Source of the DNA: Eimeria praecox
Lineage: Eukaryota
Reading direction: 5' to 3'
Length of the DNA: 64,000 nucleotides
Assembly (NCBI GenBank): GCA_963920595.1
Contig: OY986946.1
Span: 62,001 to 126,000, forward strand
The position numbers and the translations under genes were made by a program. Under the pieces are notes generated by a model. That model had not been told where the DNA came from. It made no database searches and saw nothing but the letters and a program-made list of their open reading frames with translations. Positions 1 through 11,257 of this stretch are shown piece by piece (within the stretch, counting starts at the first letter, position 1; each line of letters begins with the position of its first letter).

Positions 1-3000
1 AATCGCCTCTCTTCGAAAGAGCAAGACAAAGCGAGAGTGCCAAAGCGTTCGGGACATATCACATAATCGTCAACCAACGGCCTGCTACCGCGTTGGCTCC
101 CGCTACTAGGCTGGAGTGTTATCATCGCCTTCCTGTGGCACACAGCGCGCGGGCACCTAGAGCGGCGGCACATGCATGAGCTGCGCCTACTTGGAACACA
201 AACCCACATCCCACGCCCAAACGACACGCACCAGAAAGTACAAAAGAAAGACACATTTAGAGCACGAAAAGGCTTCTGCCTCCTCTCACAATGCAACTCT
301 ACAAATCTGCATGCATTCACACATACTCCCATGCCTATCACCAGAGCAACGATTGTCACAACGCCACCAAGAAACACAGTTTGCTTCAGGCGCTTCACAC
401 GCGCTACAAGCTCTTCGAGCTGCGCCACACGCCGCATTCCCGCAACCCTAAAAGCTTATTACGTTCATACTTGCTGGGCAAAGCAACGCGTCAACGCAAT
501 TCCAGGGAAGGCTCTGCCACACCGCCACACCACACGCGCAAATACACTCCGCAGCCCTCGGCATTCTCACGCATCCAGGTTCTCCGCCTCGCCGCCAAAT
601 ACTCCGTCTTCCCACATCGGCAAACATACCTGATTTCAACCAGGGAATGCAAACCAAAGCCAAACTCAATATGCACTGCATAACGACTCAGCTGGATGCG
701 TCAGGCGCTCTTGTACAATCGCCACTCTTCGAAAGAGCAAGACAAAGCGAGAGTGCCAAAGCGTTCGGGACATATCACATAATCGTCAACCAACGGCCTG
801 CTACCGCGTTGGCTCCCGCTACTAGGCTGGAGTGTTATCATCGCCTTCCTGTGGCACACAGCGCGCGGGCACCTAGAGCGGCGGCACATGCATGAGCTGC
901 GCCTACTTGGAACACAAACCCACATCCCACGCCCAAACGACACGCACCAGAAAGTACAAAAGAAAGACACATTTAGTGCACGAAAAGGCTTCTGCCTCCT
1001 CTCACAATGCAACTCTACAAATCTGCATGCATTCACACATACTCCCATGCCTATCACCAGAGCAACGATTGTCACAACGCCACCAAGAAACACAGTTTGC
1101 TTCAGGCGCTTCACACGCGCTACAAGCTCTTCGAGCTGCGCCACACGCCGCATTCCCGCAACCCTAAAAGCTTATTACGTTCATACTTGCTGGGCAAACC
1201 AACGCGTCAACGCAGTGCTAGGGAAGGCTTTGCCACACCGCCACACCACACGCGCAAATACACTCCGCAGCCCTCGACATTCTCACGCATCCAGGTTCTC
1301 CGCCTCGCCGCCAAATACTCCGTCTTCCCACATCGGCAAACATACCTGATTTCAACCAGGGAATGCAAACCAAAGCCAAACTCAATATGCACTGCATAAC
1401 GACTCAGCTGGATGCGTCAGGCGCTCTTGTACAATCGCCACTCTTCGAAAGAGCAAGACAAAGCGAGAGTGCCAAAGCGTTCGGGACATATCACATAATC
1501 GTCAACCAACGGCCTGCTACCGCGTTGGCTCCCGCTACTAGGCTGGAGTGTTATCATCGCCTTCCTGTGGCACACAGCGCGCGGGCACCTAGAGCGGCGG
1601 CACATGCATGAGCTGCGCCTACTTGGAACACAAACCCACATCCCATGCCCAAACGACACTCACCCGAAAGTACAAAAGAAAGACACATTTAGTGCACGAA
1701 AAGGCTTCTGCCTCCTCTCACAATGCAACTCTACAAATTTGCATGCATTCACACATACTCCCATGCCTATCACCAGAGCAACGATTGTCACAACGCCACC
1801 AAGAAACACAGTTTGCTTCAGGCGCTTCACACGCGCTACAAGCTCTTCGAGCTGCGCCACACGCCGCATTCCCGCAACCCTAAAAGCTTATTACGTTCAT
1901 ACTTGCTGGGCAAACCAACGCGTCAACGCAGTGCTAGGGAAGGCTTTGCCACACCGCCACACCACACGCGCAAATACACTCCGCAGCCCTCGACATTCTC
2001 ACGCATCCAGGTTCTCCGCCTCGCCGCCAAATACTCCGTCTTCCCACATCGGCAAACATACCTGATTTCAACCAGGGAATGCAAACCAAAGCCAAACTCA
2101 ATATGCACTGCATAACGACTCAGCTGGATGCGTCAGGCGCTCTTGTACAATCGCCACTCTTCGAAAGAGCAAGACAAAGCGAGAGTGCCAAAGCGTTCGG
2201 GACATATCACATAATCGTCAACCAACGGCCTGCTACCGCGTTGGCTCCCGCTACTAGGCTGGAGTGTTATCATCGCCTTCCTGTGGCACACAGCGCGCGG
2301 GCACCTAGAGCGGCGGCACATGCATGAGCTGCGCCTACTTGGAAAACAAACCCACATCCCACGCCCAAACGACACGCCCGAGAAAGTACAAAAGAAAGAC
2401 ACATTTAGTGCACGAAAGGGCTTCTGCCTCCCCTCACAATGCAACTCTACAAATCTGCATGCATTCACACATACTCCCATGCCTATCACCAGAGCAACGA
2501 TTGTCACAACGCCACCAAGAAACACAGTTTGCTTCAGGCGCTTCACACGCGCTACAAGCTCTTCGAGCTGCGCCACACGCCGCATTCCCGCAACCCTAAA
2601 AGCTTATTACGTTCATACTTGCTGGGCAAACCAACGCATCAACGCAATTCCAGGGAAGGCTCTGGCACACCGCCACACCACACGCGCAAATACACTCCGC
2701 AGCCCTCGACATTCTCACGCATCCAGGTTCTCCGCCTCGCCGCCAAATACTCCGTCTTCCCACATCGGCAAACATACCTGATTTCAACCAGGGAATGCAA
2801 ACCAAAGCCACACTCAATATGCACTGCATAACGACTCAGCTGGATGCGTCAGGCGTTCTTGTACAATCGCCTCTCTTCGAAAGAGCAAGACAAAGCGAGA
2901 GTGCCAAAGCGTTCGGGACATATCACATAATCGTCAACCAACGGCCTGCTACCGCGTTGGCTCCCGCTACTAGGCTGGAGTGTTATCATCGCCTTCCTGT

Positions 3001-6000
3001 GGCACACAGCGCGCGGGCACCTAGAGCGGCGGCACATGCATGAGCTGCGCCTACTTGGAACACAAACCCACATCCCACGCCCAAACGACACGCACCAGAA
3101 AGTACAAAAGAAAGACACATTTAGAGCACGAAAAGGCTTCTGCCTCCTCTCACAATGCAACTCTACAAATCTGCATGCATTCACACATACTCCCATGCCT
3201 ATCACCAGAGCAACGATTGTCACAACGCCACCAAGAAACACAGTTTGCTTCAGGCGCTTCACACGCGCTACAAGCTCTTCGAGCTGCGCCACACGCCGCA
3301 TTCCCGCAACCCTAAAAGCTTATTACGTTCATACTTGCTGGGCAAAGCAACGCGTCAACGCAATTCCAGGGAAGGCTCTGCCACACCGCCACACCACACG
3401 CGCAAATACACTCCGCAGCCCTCGGCATTCTCACGCATCCAGGTTCTCCGCCTCGCCGCCAAATACTCCGTCTTCCCACATCGGCAAACATACCTGATTT
3501 CAACCAGGGAATGCAAACCAAAGCCAAACTCAATATGCACTGCATAACGACTCAGCTGGATGCGTCAGGCTCTCTTGTACAATCGCCACTCTTCGAAAGA
3601 GCAAGACAAAGCGAGAGTGCCAAAGCGTTCGGGACATATCACATAATCGTCAACCAACGGCCTGCTACCGCGTTGGCTCCCGCTACTAGGCTGGAGTGTT
3701 ATCATCGCCTTCCTGTGGCACACAGCGCGCGGGCACCTAGAGCGGCGGCACATGCATGAGCTGCGCCTACTTGGAACACAAACCCACATCCCACGCCCAA
3801 ACGACACGCACCAGAAAGTACAAAAGAAAGACACATTTAGTGCACGAAAAGGCTTCTGCCTCCTCTCACAATGCAACTCTACAAATCTGCATGCATTCAC
3901 ACATACTCCCATGCCTATCACCAGAGCAACGATTGTCACAACGCCACCAAGAAACACAGTTTGCTTCAGGCGCTTCACACGCGCTACAAGCTCTTCGAGC
4001 TGCGCCACACGCCGCATTCCCGCAACCCTAAAAGCTTATTACGTTCATACTTGCTGGGCAAAGCAACGCGTCAACGCAGTGCTAGGGAAGGCTTTGCCAC
4101 ACCGCCACACCACACGCGCAAATACACTCCGCAGCCCTCGACATTCTCACGCATCCAGGTTCTCCGCCTCGCCGCCAAATACTCCGTCTTCCCACATCGG
4201 CAAACATACCTGATTTCAACCAGGGAATGCAAACCAAAGCCAAACTCAATATGCACTGCATAACGACTCAGCTGGATGCGTCAGGCGCTCTTGTACAATC
4301 GCCACTCTTCGAAAGAGCAAGACAAAGCGAGAGTGCCAAAGCGTTCGGGACATATCACATAATCGTCAACCAACGGCCTGCTACCGCGTTGGCTCCCGCT
4401 ACTAGGCTGGAGTGTTATCATCGCCTTCCTGTGGCACACAGCGCGCGGGCACCTAGAGCGGCGGCACATGCATGAGCTGCGCCTACTTGGAAAACAAACC
4501 CGCATCCCACGCCCAAACGACACGCACCAGAAAGTACAAAAGAAAGACACATTTAGTGCACGAAAGGGCTTCTGCCTCCCCTCACAATGCAACTCTACAA
4601 ATCTGCATGCATTCACACATACTCCCATGCCTATCACCAGAGCAACGATTGTCACAACGCCACCAAGAAACACAGTTTGCTTCAGGCGCTTCACACGCGC
4701 TACAAGCTCTTCGAGCTGCGCCACACGCCGCATTCCCGCAACCCTAAAAGCTTATTACGTTCATACTTGCTGGGCAAACCAACGCGTCAACGCAGTGCTA
4801 GGGAAGGCTTTGCCACACCGCCACACCACACGCGCAAATACACTCCGCAGCCCTCGACATTCTCACGCATCCAGGTTCTCCGCCTCGCCGCCAAATACTC
4901 CGTCTTCCCACATCGGCAAACATACCTGATTTCAACCAGGGAATGCAAACCAAAGCCAAACTCAATATGCACTGCATAACGACTCAGCTGGATGCGTCAG
5001 GCTCTCTTGTACAATCGCCACTCTTCGAAAGAGCAAGACAAAGCGAGAGTGCCAAAGCGTTCGGGACATATCACATAATCGTCAACCAACGGCCTGCTAC
5101 CGCGTTGGCTCCCGCTACTAGGCTGGAGTGTTATCATCGCCTTCCTGTGGCACACAGCGCGCGGGCACCTAGAGCGGCGGCACATGCATGAGCTGCGCCT
5201 ACTTGGAACACAAACCCACATCCCACGCCCAAACGACACGCACCAGAAAGTACAAAAGAAAGACACACTTAGTGCACGAAAAGGCTTCTGCCTCCTCTCA
5301 CAATGCAACTCTACAAATCTGCATGCATTCACACATACTCCCATGCCTATCACCAGAGCAACGATTGTCACAACGCCACCAAGAAACACAGTTTGCTTCA
5401 GGCGCTTCACACGCGCTACAAGCTCTTCGAGCTGCGCCACACGCCGCATTCCCGCAACCCTAAAAGCTTATTACGTTCATACTTGCTGGGCAAAGCAACG
5501 CGTCAACGCAGTGCTAGGGAAGGCTTTGCCACACCGCCACACCACACGCGCAAATACACTCCGCAGCCCTCGACATTCTCACGCATCCAGGTTCTCCGCC
5601 TCGCCGCCAAATACTCCGTCTTCCCACATCGGCAAACATACCTGATTTCAACCAGGGAATGCAAACCAAAGCCAAACTCAATATGCACTGCATAACGACT
5701 CAGCTGGATGCGTCAGGCGCTCTTGTACAATCGCCACTCTTCGAAAGAGCAAGACAAAGCGAGAGTGCCAAAGCGTTCGGGACATATCACATAATCGTCA
5801 ACCAACGGCCTGCTACCGCGTTGGCTCCCGCTACTAGGCTGGAGTGTTATCATCGCCTTCCTGTGGCACACAGCGCGCGGGCACCTAGAGCGGCGGCACA
5901 TGCATGAGCTGCGCCTACTTGGAAAACAAACCCGCATCCCACGCCCAAACGACACGCACCAGAAAGTACAAAAGAAAGACACATTTAGTGCACGAAAGGG

Positions 6001-9000
6001 CTTCTGCCTCCCCTCACAATGCAACTCTACAAATCTGCATGCATTCACACATACTCCCATGCCTATCACCAGAGCAACGATTGTCACAACGCCACCAAGA
6101 AACACAGTTTGCTTCAGGCGCTTCACACGCGCTACAAGCTCTTCGAGCTGCGCCACACGCCGCATTCCCGCAACCCTAAAAGCTTATTACGTTCATACTT
6201 GCTGGGCAAACCAACGCGTCAACGCAGTGCTAGGGAAGGCTTTGCCACACCGCCACACCACACGCGCAAATACACTCCGCAGCCCTCGACATTCTCACGC
6301 ATCCAGGTTCTCCGCCTCGCCGCCAAATACTCCGTCTTCCCACATCGGCAAACATACCTGATTTCAACCAGGGAATGCAAACCAAAGCCACACTCAATAT
6401 GCACTGCATAACGACTCAGCTGGATGCGTCAGGCGTTCTTGTACAATCGCCTCTCTTCGAAAGAGCAAGACAAAGCGAGAGTGCCAAAGCGTTCGGGACA
6501 TATCACATAATCGTCAACCAACGGCCTGCTACCGCGTTGGCTCCCGCTACTAGGCTGGAGTGTTATCATCGCCTTCCTGTGGCACACAGCGCGCGGGCAC
6601 CTAGAGCGGCGGCACATGCATGAGCTGCGCCTACTTGGAACACAAACCCACATCCCACGCCCAAACGACACGCACCAGAAAGTACAAAAGAAAGACACAT
6701 TTAGAGCACGAAAAGGCTTCTGCCTCCTCTCACAATGCAACTCTACAAATCTGCATGCATTCACACATACTCCCATGCCTATCACCAGAGCAACGATTGT
6801 CACAACGCCACCAAGAAACACAGTTTGCTTCAGGCGCTTCACACGCGCTACAAGCTCTTCGAGCTGCGCCACACGCCGCATTCCCGCAACCCTAAAAGCT
6901 TATTACGTTCATACTTGCTGGGCAAAGCAACGCGTCAACGCAATTCCAGGGAAGGCTCTGCCACACCGCCACACCACACGCGCAAATACACTCCGCAGCC
7001 CTCGGCATTCTCACGCATCCAGGTTCTCCGCCTCGCCGCCAAATACTCCGTCTTCCCACATCGGCAAACATACCTGATTTCAACCAGGGAATGCAAACCA
7101 AAGCCAAACTCAATATGCACTGCATAACGACTCAGCTGGATGCGTCAGGCTCTCTTGTACAATCGCCACTCTTCGAAAGAGCAAGACAAAGCGAGAGTGC
7201 CAAAGCGTTCGGGACATATCACATAATCGTCAACCAACGGCCTGCTACCGCGTTGGCTCCCGCTACTAGGCTGGAGTGTTATCATCGCCTTCCTGTGGCA
7301 CACAGCGCGCGGGCACCTAGAGCGGCGGCACATGCATGAGCTGCGCCTACTTGGAACACAAACCCACATCCCACGCCCAAACGACACGCACCAGAAAGTA
7401 CAAAAGAAAGACACATTTAGTGCACGAAAAGGCTTCTGCCTCCTCTCACAATGCAACTCTACAAATCTGCATGCATTCACACATACTCCCATGCCTATCA
7501 CCAGAGCAACGATTGTCACAACGCCACCAAGAAACACAGTTTGCTTCAGGCGCTTCACACGCGCTACAAGCTCTTCGAGCTGCGCCACACGCCGCATTCC
7601 CGCAACCCTAAAAGCTTATTACGTTCATACTTGCTGGGCAAACCAACGCGTCAACGCAGTGCTAGGGAAGGCTTTGCCACACCGCCACACCACACGCGCA
7701 AATACACTCCGCAGCCCTCGACATTCTCACGCATCCAGGTTCTCCGCCTCGCCGCCAAATACTCCGTCTTCCCACATCGGCAAACATACCTGATTTCAAC
7801 CAGGGAATGCAAACCAAAGCCAAACTCAATATGCACTGCATAACGACTCAGCTGGATGCGTCAGGCGCTCTTGTACAATCGCCACTCTTCGAAAGAGCAA
7901 GACAAAGCGAGAGTGCCAAAGCGTTCGGGACATATCACATAATCGTCAACCAACGGCCTGCTACCGCGTTGGCTCCCGCTACTAGGCTGGAGTGTTATCA
8001 TCGCCTTCCTGTGGCACACAGCGCGCGGGCACCTAGAGCGGCGGCACATGCATGAGCTGCGCCTACTTGGAACACAAACCCACATCCCACGCCCAAACGA
8101 CACGCACCAGAAAGTACAAAAGAAAGACACATTTAGAGCACGAAAAGGCTTCTGCCTCCTCTCACAATGCAACTCTACAAATCTGCATGCATTCACACAT
8201 ACTCCCATGCCTATCACCAGAGCAACGATTGTCACAACGCCACCAAGAAACACAGTTTGCTTCAGGCGCTTCACACGCGCTACAAGCTCTTCGAGCTGCG
8301 CCACACGCCGCATTCCCGCAACCCTAAAAGCTTATTACGTTCATACTTGCTGGGCAAACCAACGCGTCAACGCAGTGCTAGGGAAGGCTTTGCCACACCG
8401 CCACACCACACGCGCAAATACACTCCGCAGCCCTCGACATTCTCACGCATCCAGGTTCTCCGCCTCGCCGCCAAATACTCCGTCTTCCCACATCGGCAAA
8501 CATACCTGATTTCAACCAGGGAATGCAAACCAAAGCCAAACTCAATATGCACTGCATAACGACTCAGCTGGATGCGTCAGGCGCTCTTGTACAATCGCCA
8601 CTCTTCGAAAGAGCAAGACAAAGCGAGAGTGCCAAAGCGTTCGGGACATATCACATAATCGTCAACCAACGGCCTGCTACCGCGTTGGCTCCCGCTACTA
8701 GGCTGGAGTGTTATCATCGCCTTCCTGTGGCACACAGCGCGCGGGCACCTAGAGCGGCGGCACATGCATGAGCTGCGCCTACTTGGAACACAAACCCACA
8801 TCCCACGCCCAAACGACACGCACCAGAAAGTACAAAAGAAAGACACATTTAGTGCACGAAAAGGCTTCTGCCTCCTCTCACAATGCAACTCTACAAATCT
8901 GCATGCATTCACACATACTCCCATGCCTATCACCAGAGCAACGATTGTCACAACGCCACCAAGAAACACAGTTTGCTTCAGGCGCTTCACACGCGCTACA

Positions 9001-9498
9001 AGCTCTTCGAGCTGCGCCACACGCCGCATTCCCGCAACCCTAAAAGCTTATTACGTTCATACTTGCTGGGCAAACCAACGCGTCAACGCAGTGCCAGGGA
9101 AGGCTTTGCCACACCGCCACACCACACGCACAAATACACTCCGCAGCCCTCGGCATTCTCACGCATCCAGGGTCTCCGCCTCGCCGCCAAATACTCCGTC
9201 TTCCCACATCGGCAAACATACCTGATTTCAACCAGGGAATGCAAACCAAAGCCAAACTCAATATGCGCTGCAGAACGACTCAGCTGGATGCGTCAGGCGC
9301 TCTTGTACAATCGCCACTCTTCGAAAGAGCAAGACAAAGCGAGAGTGCCGAAGCGTTCGGGACATATTACATACACGTCAACCAACGGCCTGCTACCGCG
9401 TTGGCTCCCGCTACTAGGCTGGAGTGTTATCATCGCCTTCCTGTGGCACACAGCGCGCGGGCACCTAGAGCGGCGGCACATGCATGAGCTGCGCCTAC
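1..9498. repeat. Tandem array of a 716-bp unit, 13.3 copies, about 99% identical; runs off the left edge
   Basis: Exact 716-bp period (ORF starts 172, 888, 1604 ... 8764). Match to the unit ends after TGCATGAGCTGCGCCTAC at 9498. Confidence 0.99.
308..315. promoter_or_regulatory. TGCATGCA palindrome (candidate ApiAP2-type site), repeated in every 716-bp unit and at the homologous position of several other monomers
   Basis: CAAATCTGCATGCATTCAC at 302-320; doubled in Y (TTTGCATGCACTCATGCATGCATC at ~12498). The motif is seen directly; any function is inference. Confidence 0.35.
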
Positions 9499-11257
9499 GC
9501 TGAAAACCAAAACGGTAAGCCAGTGTCCGAGACACAAGAGGGCCTGCGTTCTATGGGAGCTCCATACTTTCCCGTGTTACCCAAGAACAACTGCTATCAG
9601 GGGGCTCCTGCTTCGTTTGTGTTCGCGCTATGGGGGTCCAGACACAAGGTGTTAGAGCCTGCTTTTGCTTATCGCCAGTCCCATTTAGTAAGAGCAATGA
9701 TGCACGACGACCTTCACCACATCTGGCAATCACAATGCGCTTGGTGACCAAAGGCATGCCACCCCTTTGCCTCTCAGCGCAGTGGTTTAGCCCTATTAAA
9801 CATTCGCCATCTGCTGGTTAGTTCGAACAGAAATGACGAATTGACAAATTGCAACTACCCCAAACACAAAACAGCATGCCTAATCTCGCCAAGACCGACG
9901 CACACTGCTGCATGAGGATGCGCTTGCGTTAGCTTTGGCTCCGTGAGAACTTACACAATTCTTGATGCATCCGCAAGGCGTGCCTACTTTGAAAGCAAAG
10001 CGGCTTAACTGATTCCATTGATCTGGAAACACCCGCCTGAAGTGGGAGCCCTGCTCTCTTCCGTTCCTCAGCGACTACACGATAGCCTACAGATCCTGCG
10101 GTTTCTTTGTGCACGCCCGAAGCGCAAGTGAACAGCTCGTGCTGGAGCTTTGTTGGCGGCTAACCGCCATTCGCTACTCTTGCCGTCAATGGAACAGCTG
10201 CCTGAATGCATGGCCAGACTGGCCGTCAGTACTGCTGAGCCTTTTCCTTGAAAGGTACACTGCGTTGCCGCTGGTGTCTCGTGCCACTTATTACGCTCTA
10301 CCTATATTCCCTGGCAACTGCACAGGCATCGGTCGCAGTGGCAAGCTCTGCCTTGACAACGCACACCGCACGCCGAGACACTCCATATCCATAGATACCC
10401 AAGATCACGGCGAAACTGGAGACACTCCTGTTGTATACCAAGCTGAAAGTCCACTAATTCGTCCCCATGCACATGCGATTTCCTGCCAACTCTCATACCA
10501 CCTGAAGTGTAGTAATGGTTGATACCCACCAGCGGACCCAAAACATAGACACTTCTTCAAAACTACTTCAGGTGTCCTAGGTACTCTTCAAGCTACTAAA
10601 CGCTTCGCGTCTGTGCGAGCACGGCAGCTAACGATGTGCATACTTCCTGGTCGGAACAGCGCACTATGCAGCGTCATAAAAGGCTTCGCTGCAAACGCCC
10701 CGTCCATGCACGAACACGAACTCCATAGCCTCACGATGCGCATGTATCTACGTCCTCGGGTTGCCGTTATTAAACACTCCGTATTCGCACATCGGCAGAC
10801 AAAACTGATCCCTACGCGGGCAAGCGAATAAACCCCAACATTATACCAGCCACACAGCAATCTGTTTGCCTGTGCATGTGCCTTGGACGGAGGCTTTCTC
10901 GCCCGAAGGCCAACAGGGGAATGCAAGGTGTTCACCACCTCTGGCTGACGCTATGCAAGTGCGGATAACAGTCCAGCGACCCCTTCGGCGATGCCTACTG
11001 TGTGGCAATGCCATTTATGTTTTGCGTTCATGCCTCCCTTAAGCCAAACCAAGTGGAACGCTCATGCATTTCACTGATTCCAAATAGAAAGCAATTCACT
11101 TAATCCGGATACCTCGGGATGTCCATCCTGACTTCCGTGTTACTCTGTTCTTTATGTGTCCCAGCCTTAACCTGCAGAGCTGCAACTGGCGCATGAATTG
11201 CCTTCCAGACCCCAGGCGGACCTTCTCAACTCCTATTCAGCGCGCAGCTGCAACCGC

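Noticed and set aside
444..452. Telomere-like AACCCTAAA in each 716-bp unit
   Set aside because: Only a single copy per unit, not a telomeric tract.
471..675. Minus-strand exon bounded by TGCAG and GTATG (possible spliced tandem gene family such as Eimeria SAG)
   Set aside because: The two frames shown in the ORF track are interrupted (TAG in many units, TGA at 491), and there is no SAG-like signal peptide, cysteine pattern or GPI tail. RNA-seq would settle it.
172..9503. Recurrent 61-206 aa ORFs in the 716-bp units
   Set aside because: They overlap in several frames on both strands, show no recognisable domain, and some gain stops between near-identical copies. They are best explained as repeat-derived open frames.
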